Notes under the pieces: generated by a model | Seen by the model: only the letters and a program-made list of their open reading frames with translations | Databases searched by the model: none | What the model was told of the DNA's origin: nothing | Assembly (NCBI GenBank): GCA_041484665.1 | Contig: JBGPIA010000018.1 | Coordinates: 32,545-96,544 of the forward strand | Reading direction: 5' to 3' | DNA from: Candidatus Krumholzibacteriia bacterium | GTDB lineage: Bacteria; Krumholzibacteriota; Krumholzibacteriia; JAJRXK01 | Length of the DNA stretch: 64,000 bases | Program-made: the position numbers and the translations under genes | In this document: positions 9,501 to 18,637 of the stretch, piece after piece | How positions within the stretch are numbered: the first letter of the stretch is position 1 | How the letters are laid out: each line of letters begins with the position of its first letter

Positions 9501-11155
9501 TCCACCAATGTCGACGGGCCTACGGGCCCATTGTCGATGGTGAGAAGCCGCTGGGCGGAGGGTTGTCCCGGCGGGGCCACGAGGGCGAACACGCGTGACC
9601 GCAGCGGGTCCGACGTGACCGACGGCGACGCGAAGCACCCAATGGACCCCCGAGCCACGCCCAGGTCCAGGTGCAGGTCGATCTGCCACGTCTCGAAGCA
9701 AGCTTGGGCGTTGCCAAAGGTGAGACCGTTCATCAGCGCTGACGAGTTGGAGATGCTGAAATCGGCGTCGCTGGCATCCACCGTGGACTTGTTGGCGATG
9801 TCGCGGGCCCGCACGCGGATCTTCGCGACCGTGGCCACTGGCCCACTGACCGTCCAGACGAACGATCCGCTGTTGGGAATCCCCTGCGCCAGCGCTTCGA
9901 TGAAGTTCACGCCGTCACGGGCTAACTCGACGTCCACCGAGGTCACGACGTTGTCGTCGGAAGCCGTCCACTGGATGGTGACGTTGCGGCCGATCACCAG
10001 ATGGTCGCAGCAATTGGGATAGATCAGGGTGACCGCCGGAGCGGACGTATCGGTGAGATAGGCCCAGCGCAGATTGGAGGCCGTTTGATCGTAGTAGGCG
10101 ATGGCCGGCAGCCCGGCCGGCCGATGCGTGATGTCCGCGTAGCGCCCGCGCCCAGCCGTGGTGTCGGCGAACTGGACGGTCCACCGGTACCCATCGAAGT
10201 ATGCCGTCTTGAGCTTTGTGGTCAGCTGATCGTAGTACGCGACGCGGGGATGGCCTCCGGCGTCCACGTTGAGGGACGTGTAGAGCGCGTCGCAGCTGCT
10301 GTCGACGAGATCCTTGGCCCAGTTGTTGGGGCCGAGGCGGCGGGCGTGCCACAGGAACCCCGTCGCGGCGTCGCGGTAGCAGACGTGGCGGACCAGGTCG
10401 GACCCGATCCCAAGACCGCAGTACTGGCCGATGGGCAGGGCGGCGGTACCCGCGTCGATGGTCTCGCTGATCCAACTGGGGGGAATTCCCGGGGTCGCCT
10501 GCTTCAGCGCTCCATTGGTGGCGTCGAAATAAACCACAACCGGGTTGTTGCCGCTGAGGGCGAGGGAAGCGAAACGGCCCACGTCGCCGGTGGTCGCCAC
10601 GTTCGCCGTCGTCCAGCCGGACACGGAGTTGCCACCGGCGATTCGGCAATCCGCCCCTCCAACGTCGTAGTAGGTGACGTAGATCGTGCCCGTCGCGGTG
10701 ATCGCCGTCGACGTGTAGTAGCCGGTGTTGCCGCCGGGCGGGTCGTCGACGCTATCGGTAGCCCACACGCCGCCCGGGAATCCGCTGACCAAGAGACGCT
10801 GCCCGGATGCATCGTAGAAGCTGATGACCGTGAGGCCGCTCAGCACGCGGGTCGAACAGAACGCACCGACGGTCCCGGTCTGGGGATGCAGGGCCGTGGT
10901 CCACACGTTCCCTGCGCTCGCCGAACCGTAGTAGAGGCGCCGGCCGCTGGAGTTGTAGTAGGCGATGGCCGTCTGGCTGCCTGAACCGGGGGCGATCGAG
11001 ATCGAGCGCTCGGTTCCCCCCGCCCCGGTGGTCGCGTCGACGATCGCATTGTTCCAGCCCGAGATCGCGGGAGTAACGATCGCCAACAGCCATCCCGCCA
11101 GCGCGAGCGCTTTGAGCAGACCGACCGGGGGCCGGAGCGGCTTCCTTGGATCCAT
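6554..11155 (-). CDS. Large secreted multidomain protein (propeller repeats, Ig/FN3-like, two lamin-tail-like domains, beta-helix, FlgD-Ig CTD)
   Basis: Signal peptide after MDPRKPL. Repeats GxYxSL...PxIAYYD...LxxA. LLINEF/ILLNEV...VELYN. YLTINAAL..GTRVLVRPGTYNESI and GGAI repeats. APNPFNPST...YDVRGRRV...ASGVYF. Start codon inferred. Confidence 0.85.
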   Translation of the reverse strand: MDPRKPLRPPVGLLKALALAGWLLAIVTPAISGWNNAIVDATTGAGGTERSISIAPGSGSQTAIAYYNSSGRRLYYGSASAGNVWTTALHPQTGTVGAFCSTRVLSGLTVISFYDASGQRLLVSGFPGGVWATDSVDDPPGGNTGYYTSTAITATGTIYVTYYDVGGADCRIAGGNSVSGWTTANVATTGDVGRFASLALSGNNPVVVYFDATNGALKQATPGIPPSWISETIDAGTAALPIGQYCGLGIGSDLVRHVCYRDAATGFLWHARRLGPNNWAKDLVDSSCDALYTSLNVDAGGHPRVAYYDQLTTKLKTAYFDGYRWTVQFADTTAGRGRYADITHRPAGLPAIAYYDQTASNLRWAYLTDTSAPAVTLIYPNCCDHLVIGRNVTIQWTASDDNVVTSVDVELARDGVNFIEALAQGIPNSGSFVWTVSGPVATVAKIRVRARDIANKSTVDASDADFSISNSSALMNGLTFGNAQACFETWQIDLHLDLGVARGSIGCFASPSVTSDPLRSRVFALVAPPGQPSAQRLLTIDNGPVGPSTLVDNVDVSAWNPLNGLALDPFGTGLYTLRGPTGAQQLGRIDAATGTFASLGTLQFAAQPHTSIVTLAFSPSGLLYGLTTSPSDQGLYRINANTLQVTFIGQTSGAAWAFDDMEFFGDELWAMGTELNAVQRIDPLTGSIVDGHSLLTATGTYGQGLAMYPCVTATPELTAVDLPQDGGGHVRLDWSAYVPAEPVAQYEILRSKDPCELTDAALAPIATVSGTAPATYVDPTATDFTAYYYGVRAIGVAKTHTVTTLFAGPAFAFPNLLINEFAPSGGVPKLGGSAAAGVAKVGEAVEIRNLSSTALDLTGFRLSNGPGAPSPDEESLSGVIPGGGLLVHTLTVIDLPNEGGTLELLPPAGTGFTLDIVGYGSQGGAPTVPAGFTVSRVEGTGRDASDQSSFEASAQTLAQTNTVPAPALGQSILLNEVLYTSSSGSDYVELYNPLGSTVVLSQFALSDGVNFLTTLGGGLNLGPGQIRLLQQGAAGSFTQNINSNLLYLYKITSDGQYQRVDQVGWSGGPVPPPAPNDALTRVPDGLAVYLGNKGANWPECGGGNVLVYGPRTPGEPNAQPGVAQVVVDKSGGGNYLTINAALAAVASGTRVLVRPGTYNESIALRNGVEIVGAGGNPASIVITGGAGGNPIVTANGVDASAVLAGVTVRGGSAANGAGLLVSNNGTPHVRNVRFESNRATQRGGAIAVTGGGPTIDGCFFLENGALLDGGAIALLGGALDVERSLFVLNDAGARGGAVYGGGSGSSVVQQCVFDRNVTWGLGASAIHSAGTSFDVFFVTATNGPNGPPLAAEATGHVSFICGALFGNAQPISLAGGLMDTTGVMMVDPRYCQPLGFNYALRDDSPLLHPAAMCSIAIIGIDGPPCAPVLTAVQPPPPPASTRLYAPAPNPFNPSTVLRFDLAQPGKAALAVYDVRGRRVTELLGSVRLEAGTHEIAWHGLDAAGRTVASGVYFARLSLEGNVVGQVQRLVLLK

Positions 11156-11589
11156 GGGTACACTTCCAGTCCAATGATCCGCGGGAGTGAACGCTGGGAC
11201 TGCGGAACGGGGCTCCGGGCGCACCGGTAACGATCTTACCATGTCCGCACCCGCGATCGGCGCAGCTGCCCGATGCCCAGGCGCCCGCCATTGCCGAATC
11301 GTCCCGCCGCCGAGACTCCTACCGGTGACGCGGCGCGCGGGGCTGCGTTCAAGAGCACGAGCATGCGACGCACGCGCCAACACGATCGGTTCGCGGGTTG
11401 TCGATATAAAGCACTGCGCTCAAACAAGATACAACTCTGATGTTGCAAGTGCTGCGCCGGGGATTGGCCGCTAGAACTGGCGGTCCCGTCCCGGACGCGG
11501 ATTCAACGTGATGTGCGCGCTGCGAGGCCCACACTGACATCCTACGATGCACACGCAGCGGACGAACAACCGCGCCGCCTTCGCCCGCC

Positions 11590-11760
11590 CTCCAGGACGA
11601 GCGCGGCCCCGCTGACCCGCACCCATGGGCTCGCGCGATCGGGCCTTCGCCGCCGAGACGGTCTACGGGTGCCTGCGCCGCGCGCGGACGCTGGAGCATG
11701 TCCTCGCGTCGGGTGCACCCCGCCCTGGCGACTACGTGGCGGCCTATCCACTCCCCTCGC
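11590..11760 (+). pseudogene. Possible N-terminal remnant of an RsmB/NOP-family methyltransferase
   Basis: LQDERGPAD followed, in another frame, by MGSRDRAFAAETVYGCLRRARTLEH. This resembles the NusB-like N-terminus; there is no catalytic domain. Confidence 0.4.
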
Positions 11761-11906
11761 CAGCCTCGCCGCCGGCCACCTCGGGCCCGGGCGTGCCCGT
11801 GGTGGCCGGGGCGCAGCACACGATCTCAACGGGGCTCTGGGCGGCGCACCACCCTGCGGCCCGGCGGTCACGTGGGACCAACGCGCTGGGGAGCCCAGCC
11901 GCGGTC

Positions 11907-12722
11907 CTACTGGTAGCTGGCCTTCAGGGCCCCCCAGGTCGACGGGCCCTCCGGAACCGGCCCGCCGCCCGGAGTCCACTGCAAGAGCAGGTGGGTGAAC
12001 GGCCCGACCAACGGGGCCGTAACCACTTGCGTGCCTCCGACGACCGTCGGCCGGAAGTTGCTGCTGCAGCTGGGATGTTGGAGGGTGGCGGGCCCGCTGT
12101 GGCTCCAGGGAATATCGACCTCGAAGAAGACGTCGAAGAAGCTAGAGGCGCCGAAGTCCATCACGCGGGGTGGCTCGGGCTGCGGCTGCACCTTGTTGAA
12201 CGTAAAGAGCGGCTGAACGTAGAACTGCGAGTCGAATGTCCCGCCCACCGGATCGGTGTGACGCGGGGTCATCGACCCTGATGGCGGAGGCGGCCCGGTG
12301 GACGAGAGTTCCATCTTGACGTTCCACTGCTGCGGGTTCTGGCCGCCGTTGTAGGTGACGACGATCGGCTCGATGCTGACCAGCGAGAGCGCCACGATCT
12401 CGATGGGGACCGTGTCGGTGGCCGGCGGCACGGGCAGCTGTGCGGACAGCGGGCGCCGCATCAACACCGCGGTGTTGCCCAGCGGCTCGGGGCAGCTGGG
12501 CTGCGGGGCCAAAGGTAGGCCACTCAAGTTCACGGTCCCCACGAACGGATCCGATCCCGGTCCGAAGAAATCTGCTGGGATCGCGTAGGGGCCTCCAAAC
12601 GTGTGGCTGCTTCCGGGCTGGATCTCGAACAGGTCATCTCCCGGGAGCACATTGTCGGCGGTGGCGGGTCGGGCGCACAAGAGGGCCGCACCGACCAGCA
12701 GGACGGTGGCCGTGGGACGCAT
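11907..12722 (-). CDS. Secreted protein with C-terminal TWGxLKxxY motif
   Basis: AAGGAGG RBS, signal peptide ending ATA, PIEIVALSLVS and SFFDVFFEVD motifs, ends PSTWGALKASYQ. Confidence 0.85.
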   Translation of the reverse strand: MRPTATVLLVGAALLCARPATADNVLPGDDLFEIQPGSSHTFGGPYAIPADFFGPGSDPFVGTVNLSGLPLAPQPSCPEPLGNTAVLMRRPLSAQLPVPPATDTVPIEIVALSLVSIEPIVVTYNGGQNPQQWNVKMELSSTGPPPPSGSMTPRHTDPVGGTFDSQFYVQPLFTFNKVQPQPEPPRVMDFGASSFFDVFFEVDIPWSHSGPATLQHPSCSSNFRPTVVGGTQVVTAPLVGPFTHLLLQWTPGGGPVPEGPSTWGALKASYQ

Positions 12723-12803
12723 GGCGTCCTCCTTCCTTATCGGGTGGCGTTGCGCCGCGGTGCTCGCAACGGGCGTGGCGAGGGGTTCCGCGGCGGCAGG
12801 ACC

Positions 12804-12912
12804 AGGCTAGCCCCCTGGCCTACTCCGGGTCAACGGGGCCGCCCCACTTTCTCATGGAGCGGGTGCCGCAAGCCCATCTGCGCTGCGGGCCCCGTCCGGG
12901 GATGGTGGCGCT
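12804..12912 (-). promoter_or_regulatory. Duplicated promoter cassette, copy 2 (intact)
   Basis: Minus strand TTGACC (12828-12833)-N18-TAGCCT (12804-12809), about 80 bp upstream of ATG 12722. Confidence 0.65.
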
Positions 12913-13891
12913 AAGGCTGCGGGGACAGGCTGATCGCCACCTGCACACGCTGCCCCAGCTTCAGGGGCGTCGGGAGGTCGAGGGCGACCTTCACCAGCAG
13001 CACGCGCGTGTCGGTGGGGCGGCCTGGGTCCTGCGGCTTCAGCGCTCGGTGGGTGACCGCCTCGGGGATCTCCTCGACGTGCCCGCGCCAGGTCCGGCCC
13101 TCGTATCCTTCGGCCGTGACCTCGACCGGCGCGCCCAGTGCCACGCGATCGGCGTCGAACTCGTCGACCTCGGCCTCGATGCGCAGGTGCGCCAGGTCCG
13201 CGATCGTCAGAATCGGATCGCCACGCTCCAGGGTCTCGCCGGCATCGGCCTGGCGCTCCACGACGGCCCCGTCGATCGGCGCGACGATCCGGGTCTTCTC
13301 CAGGAGCGCGTTCAGTCGCGCGATCGAAGCGACCGCCGTGTCGTGGCGCGCCTGCGCCGCGTCGCGGTCGCGCAGGCGCCGGTCCAGCTCCTGACTCGGC
13401 GTTACGCCGGCGTCGACCAGCTTGCGCGCTCGATCGATCTCGATCGCGGCGAGCTTTAGCTCGGCGTCGGATTCGGCCAGCCGCGCACGCGACTCCTGCC
13501 ATTCGGCGCGGAGATCGTCGGCAAGGATCGATGCCAACGGCTGCCCGCGTCGGACCCTGTCGCGCTCCTGGACGGCCACGTTGGTCAGGGTGCCGGCAAT
13601 GTCGGTGCCGACAGCGACCTCGCCGCCCGGATAGGTCACGACCCGCCCCTCGGCGTGAAGGGCGCGTGCGTCCGCACCGCCGGGGCCGGCGGTGGGGGCG
13701 ACACCCGCGGCACTGGTAGCACCTGCACTACCAGCAGCCCCAATGGCACCAGCGGCGCTCGAGGCGGCGGCGGTCGCTTCGGCCCCCGGATCGCGTGCCG
13801 AGGAGGCGCGGCGTGTCTGGGCCACCAGCGCTGCAGTCAGCGCCAGGCTGAGCATTGGAAGCGCGATGCGAAAGATCACATTGCGATTCAC
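12911..13891 (-). CDS. Efflux membrane-fusion (HlyD/RND adaptor) subunit
   Basis: GTG start with GAAGGAG RBS. AEGRVV, V.EGDRVRRGQPLA-like, IVAPIDGAV, EAEVDEFD. Confidence 0.9.
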   Translation of the reverse strand: MNRNVIFRIALPMLSLALTAALVAQTRRASSARDPGAEATAAASSAAGAIGAAGSAGATSAAGVAPTAGPGGADARALHAEGRVVTYPGGEVAVGTDIAGTLTNVAVQERDRVRRGQPLASILADDLRAEWQESRARLAESDAELKLAAIEIDRARKLVDAGVTPSQELDRRLRDRDAAQARHDTAVASIARLNALLEKTRIVAPIDGAVVERQADAGETLERGDPILTIADLAHLRIEAEVDEFDADRVALGAPVEVTAEGYEGRTWRGHVEEIPEAVTHRALKPQDPGRPTDTRVLLVKVALDLPTPLKLGQRVQVAISLSPQP

Positions 13892-13943
13892 GGCAGACTC
13901 CTTCTTTCCCCTGCTCTGCGTAGTGTGCTGGATCTCGCGCGCG

Positions 13944-14615
13944 TCAAGCCGCCAAACGGCCGTCGCGGATCGCCAGCACGCGATCGGAGATGTCGCGGAC
14001 CTTGGGATCGTGGGTGACGATGAGCACGGCGCGGTCCTCGCGCTTGGCCAGATCGCGAAACAGATCGAGTGCCTGCGCTCCCACCTGCGAGTCGAGGTTG
14101 GCCGTCGGCTCATCCGCCAGCACGATGGGCGGCCGCCCCGCCAGGGCGCGCGCCAGCGCCACACGTTGTTTCTGGCCGCCGGACAGGTCGCGTGGCAGGA
14201 AGTGCTTGCGGTCGCCCATGCCCACCGCCTCCAGCACGCGCTCGGCCTCGCGCCGCGCCGCAGTCTTGCGCGCGCCCTTGACCTGCAAGGCGTAGGCGAC
14301 GTTCTCGAGCGCGGTCAGCGACGGGAACAGATTGAACTGCTGGAATACGAACCCGATCGACCGGCGGCGCACCTCCCGCAGGCGCGCCTCGCTGCGACCG
14401 TCCACGGGTTTGCCCTCGATCAGCACGTCGCCCGTCGAGGGCGACAATATACAGCCCAGGATCGAGAGCAGCGTCGTCTTGCCCGAGCCCGACGGCCCCT
14501 CCAGAGCCACGATCTCGCCCGGCACCACGCTCAGCGAGACGCCGCGCAGCACCGGGACGGGTTCGCTGCCCTCGCGGAAGGTCTTCGTTACGTTGCGTGC
14601 TTCCAGGACTTCCAT
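13944..14615 (-). CDS. ABC transporter ATP-binding protein (LolD/MacB-like)
   Basis: Walker A GPSGSGKTT, signature LSGGQKQRV, LADEPTANLD, VTHD. Confidence 0.95.
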   Translation of the reverse strand: MEVLEARNVTKTFREGSEPVPVLRGVSLSVVPGEIVALEGPSGSGKTTLLSILGCILSPSTGDVLIEGKPVDGRSEARLREVRRRSIGFVFQQFNLFPSLTALENVAYALQVKGARKTAARREAERVLEAVGMGDRKHFLPRDLSGGQKQRVALARALAGRPPIVLADEPTANLDSQVGAQALDLFRDLAKREDRAVLIVTHDPKVRDISDRVLAIRDGRLAA

Positions 14616-14638
14616 GGTTCTCCCCTCCTTCGCGGCGC

Positions 14639-15766
14639 TCAAGTGCGGAACACCAGCGCCGGGTCAATCCGTGCGATGCGGCGAAAGCTCACCATGGCCG
14701 AGGCCAGGCACAGCGCCAGCGCTCCGGCGAACACCCACGCGTTCAGCGCTCGTGGGATCACCAGCCTCAGATCCATGTGCGCCAGGAGTTCCCGCGTCGC
14801 GTACGCCATCCCCGCTCCCAGCGCGAAGCCCGCCACGGCGGCGATCGCCGCCTGCTTGGCTAGGATGGCGTAGATGTCGCCGTTGCTGCCGCCGATCGCC
14901 TTGACCGTGCCGAACTCCTTGAGGTGCTCCATCGTGGACGTGTAGAGCGTCTGTGCCACGACCACGATGCCGACCAGGCAACCCAGGAATACCGTCAGGC
15001 CCATGTTGATCCCCAGGCCGGTGCTGACGATCCAGTAGGTGCGCGAGCGGCGGGCCCATTCCTCGCGCGTGAACACGTCATTGTGAGGCAGGCGGCGGGC
15101 GATCTCGGCGCGGACTGCTTCGCGATCGGCGCCCGGCGCCAGCTTGACGAGGATGTAGCTGGTGCGCGAACGGGCATCGGCGGACATCAGGGCCTGCGCC
15201 TGCTCGTAGTCCATGAAGGCCAGCGGCGTGGTCGTGAACGACCGCGCGCCGTGCGTGATCCCGACGATCTGCAGGCGCCGGCCGTTGACCTCGCGGTAAT
15301 CGCCGGCCTGGAAGGGGCCGAAGCGCTTGGCGGCCGAGGCGTCCAGGAAGAAGTACGGGCCGCGGCGGAGATCATCGACGTTCCCCTGGTCGATGTTCCA
15401 GGGCAGGCCCCACGCGGTGAGGTCTTCCGCCGCGTAGGTCACCATCGACTCCTCGGCGCCGCTGGGCAGGGCCACTTGCAGGAATGCCACGATGAGGTTG
15501 TCCGCTCGCTGCACCCCGGGCACGGCGCGCACGCGCTGCACGTAGCCTTCGGGGAAGAGCCGGGCGAAATCCACGTTGGGCGTATTGCGCGTCGTCACCC
15601 ACAGGTCGGCCGTGGCCTTCTCGATGCTGATCGAGGCGTTGCCCAAGAGCCCGAGGAACAGGCCCACCTGCACGAACACCAGCGTCACCGCGAACGCAAC
15701 ACCGGATACGGTGATGGCAAAGCGGAGCTTGTCGTGCAACAGGCTCTTGAGCGCGAGGTCGGTCAT
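14639..15766 (-). CDS. ABC permease (FtsX/DevC-like)
   Basis: MTDLALKSLLHDKLRF..GVAFAVTLVFVQVGLF and EHLKEFGTVKAIG; MacB-type membrane layout. Confidence 0.92.
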   Translation of the reverse strand: MTDLALKSLLHDKLRFAITVSGVAFAVTLVFVQVGLFLGLLGNASISIEKATADLWVTTRNTPNVDFARLFPEGYVQRVRAVPGVQRADNLIVAFLQVALPSGAEESMVTYAAEDLTAWGLPWNIDQGNVDDLRRGPYFFLDASAAKRFGPFQAGDYREVNGRRLQIVGITHGARSFTTTPLAFMDYEQAQALMSADARSRTSYILVKLAPGADREAVRAEIARRLPHNDVFTREEWARRSRTYWIVSTGLGINMGLTVFLGCLVGIVVVAQTLYTSTMEHLKEFGTVKAIGGSNGDIYAILAKQAAIAAVAGFALGAGMAYATRELLAHMDLRLVIPRALNAWVFAGALALCLASAMVSFRRIARIDPALVFRT

Positions 15767-16512
15767 GGCCGGGGCCTCGGGGACCGCGAGGACCGCGGCG
15801 ACTTGCGGACCGGCCCGCCCGTCTTGGCCGCAGCGACCGGTGGGGCCTTGCCGGCGTGGGCGTCCGCGGCGCCCGGTGCGGCCGCGCCTTCCCGGCGGAT
15901 TCCGCGCATCAGGGCCTGCGTCATGTGGGTGGCCAGCACGTCGGGGTCGTGCATCTGGATCCAGGATTCCTTGCGGTCGATGCAGAGGGCGGCCACCCCA
16001 TGCACACCTGCCCACAGCGTCTGCGCGAGCAGGTCCGCGTCGTGGAGGTCGTCGCGCACCTGGCCGGCGGCGATGGCCTCCGCGCACGAGGCGCGCAGAA
16101 ACGCGTAGGCATCCTTCTCGGGGTCACCCTTCGTGCACTGCTGCTGATCGTCGAGCGGCACGTCTGGGTGCTCGGTCATGAACATAAATCGGTAGTGATT
16201 AGGGTGCTCGACGGCGAAGCGCACGTACGCCTCGCCCATGCGCCGGATGCGCTCCAGCGGATCGCGCACGGGCGCCAGCTCGTTGAGGTGGAGGGCCAGC
16301 CCGGCGAAGTCGCTACGGCACAGCTCCCGGAACAGTGACTCCTTGTCGGGGAAATGGAGGTAGAGGGCTGTCGGGGAGTACTCGATGCGCTCGGCGATGC
16401 GGCGCATCGAGACCGCCTCGATCCCCTCCTTGGCGAACAGCTCGCGGGCCGCGTCGAGGATCTTCGTCCTGCGCTCGTGGCGCTCTCGCTCCCGGCGTTC
16501 CTGCGTTCCCAT
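15763..16512 (-). CDS. TetR/AcrR-family regulator
   Basis: ILDAARELFAKEGIEAVSMRRIAERIEYSPTALYLHF; WAGVHG in the C-domain. Confidence 0.95.
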   Translation of the reverse strand: MGTQERRERERHERRTKILDAARELFAKEGIEAVSMRRIAERIEYSPTALYLHFPDKESLFRELCRSDFAGLALHLNELAPVRDPLERIRRMGEAYVRFAVEHPNHYRFMFMTEHPDVPLDDQQQCTKGDPEKDAYAFLRASCAEAIAAGQVRDDLHDADLLAQTLWAGVHGVAALCIDRKESWIQMHDPDVLATHMTQALMRGIRREGAAAPGAADAHAGKAPPVAAAKTGGPVRKSPRSSRSPRPRP

Positions 16513-16527
16513 AACGGCACACTCTTT

Positions 16528-16569
16528 CTGAACAGTGTTAAGTATATGCTGACTGTTCTGTGATGTCAA
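16528..16569 (-). promoter_or_regulatory. Sigma70 promoter with probable TetR operator
   Basis: TTGACA (16564-16569)-N17-TATACT (16541-16546). Near-palindrome CTGAACAGTGTTAAG at 16528-16542. Confidence 0.8.
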
Positions 16570-16682
16570 GGGGGGGACTCGAGAATCGCCGGTGTGGGCG
16601 GCCGGTCGAACCGTCAACTGATTCTATCTACGGTTTGAGCTCGCAAGGGCTGACGCGGGTTGGGGTTGGCTGGGATGGGGCC

Positions 16683-16755
16683 CCTCGCGATCTACGACGT
16701 GCGCGGACAGTTGGTGGCGACGCTGGCAAGCGGCGCGCTGGCGGCGGGGCCGCAT
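16683..16755 (+). pseudogene. Orphan FlgD-Ig/CTD fragment
   Basis: LAIYDVRGQLVATLASGALAAGPH, with no passenger domain and no WDG/SGVY tail. Confidence 0.6.
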
Positions 16756-16884
16756 TTCGAAATGAGAGCGCAAAGGGCGGGAGCGATTCCGGCCAGCCGC
16801 TTTGCGGGACCGGTCACCCGGCGGTCCGGACCGAATAGGAACGGGTCGTGTCAATGGACGGACCCGCCGGAGACCGGATCGCCG

Positions 16885-18021
16885 CTACTTCGCGAGCACG
16901 AGCGTTTGGCTCTGCATCGCCTCACCGGCGAGCAGTCTCGCCACGTACACCCCGGATGAGACCCGCAGTCCGCTCGCGTCTCGACCGTCCCAGAATACGG
17001 ACCCCTCCCCGGGCGGAAGCATCCGATCGACCAGGGTCGCCACCCAGCGGCCGCGCACGTCGTGGACCGTCAGGCGCACCGGACCTGCGAGCGGAGTGGA
17101 GTAGCGGATCGTCGTCCCGGGGTTGAAGGGGTTCGGGAACGCACCCCTCAGAAGGAGTCGGACCCGCGGGGCCGCCTCCGCCACAGCGGTCGAGATGTCG
17201 AGCAGCGACACCTCCACGACGAGGCGGGCCGGCACGAACGCGCTGCAAGTATAGAGCTGGACGTCGCCCGATCCCGTCGAGGTGGCCTCCATCCTGAAAC
17301 GAGCGCTGATCGTGATCTCGTCGCCGACGTGACGGCTCGGCAGCAGGACGGTGTTGCCGACGCCGGCGGGGAACGCGACGTAGCGCGACGCGCTCAGCTG
17401 GCGCACCAGCGAGTCCTCCGCGACGGTCGCCCCGTTCAGCCGGACAGAATAGCGAGCCTCGATCCGAGCTGCGGCCGTACCTCCGGAAGCCTCGACGATC
17501 GCGTTGCAGCACACGCTCGGAGCGATGCGGACGTCGAAGACGAGGGGGAGCTGATCCGACGCCTCGGGGTCGATCCGGAAGACGAACGGGTTGGTCTCCC
17601 CATCCAGCTCCGCCCATGCATGGCCAAAGGTGCAGAAGCTCGAGATCGCCGATACCTGCTGGATGTAGGTGAGACCGGGCGTAGGCGTGACGGACCAGTT
17701 GAGGCTGCCGCCCATGCCGGCTGAGCTCCCGCAACCTATGCCCGTGATGAGGCCGCCGACGGATGCCTGGTCGATGCAACAACTGAAGTCGGCGCAGCTG
17801 CTGGAGACCGTCCCCGAGCCCGTGGTGACCACCTGCTCCCAAGCGCCGGTCAGATGGGCACCGCTGCCGCTGCCGACCAGCGTGAAGGTCAGGGCGCTGG
17901 CGGGAGTGGCGAGAGCGGCGAGAGCGGCGACCAGCGCCACCGAGGCATTCGGGATTTTCAGCGGGCCGCCGGACAAACCGCAAGAGCGGATCCTGCGGCA
18001 GAGATGCGACAGTTGGATCAT
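16885..18021 (-). CDS. Secreted Cys-containing protein with FlgD-Ig CTD
   Basis: Signal-like VALVAALAALATPASA. C-terminus FPNPFNPGT...HDVRGRWV...WDGRDASGLRVSSGVY. Start uncertain. Confidence 0.8.
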   Translation of the reverse strand: MIQLSHLCRRIRSCGLSGGPLKIPNASVALVAALAALATPASALTFTLVGSGSGAHLTGAWEQVVTTGSGTVSSSCADFSCCIDQASVGGLITGIGCGSSAGMGGSLNWSVTPTPGLTYIQQVSAISSFCTFGHAWAELDGETNPFVFRIDPEASDQLPLVFDVRIAPSVCCNAIVEASGGTAAARIEARYSVRLNGATVAEDSLVRQLSASRYVAFPAGVGNTVLLPSRHVGDEITISARFRMEATSTGSGDVQLYTCSAFVPARLVVEVSLLDISTAVAEAAPRVRLLLRGAFPNPFNPGTTIRYSTPLAGPVRLTVHDVRGRWVATLVDRMLPPGEGSVFWDGRDASGLRVSSGVYVARLLAGEAMQSQTLVLAK

Positions 18022-18637
18022 GGTGACCGACCTCACGATCTTACAGCGGTGGGCCCCTGAAATGGTGTCGTGCAGCATCGCACGGCGGCCGGTCGCCGTC
18101 AAATCGTGGATCAGGGCGCTGCGCCGCTGGACCCCCAGCTTCGAGCGGATGGGGCATTGGGTTTTGCCGCTGCCCTCAGCGAGCGGCACCACGCTGGGAT
18201 CGCTGGAGGAGCATGCCGGCACGATGCAGGTCGTGATCGTGCTACACATGGATCGCTCGGCCAACCGACCGGCGCCATTGCACACAGGCGCACCGCTCGT
18301 CATCTCTCTGAGACTTTTCCCTGCGATTTACAAGACCACGCAACGGCTCGAGCCGACGGACCCGAGCCAGCGGACCCAACTCCGGAGGATGCTTCATGAA
18401 CCCACAGATCTGCGCACGGCTGACTCGGCCATGCGGGTCCGCTCCCGGTGATTTGACTCCTGAGGGGCAAAAGGTGTCGAATTGCAGGAATTTTGACCCC
18501 AGCGGAGGGTCGCGCGCTCAATTGGAGCACCCCCAGGGCGCCGTCGTGCGGTAGATTCTCGGGGCTCGCAAAACAACTCGGGCGCCAATCACCTTTTCGC
18601 AGCACCCGACCGCGGACTCTTCCGAAGGAGCTGTTCC

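Noticed and set aside
6450..12912. Integron attC sites
   Set aside because: No RYYYAAC/GTTRRRY ends and no integrase; the repeats fit a promoter better.
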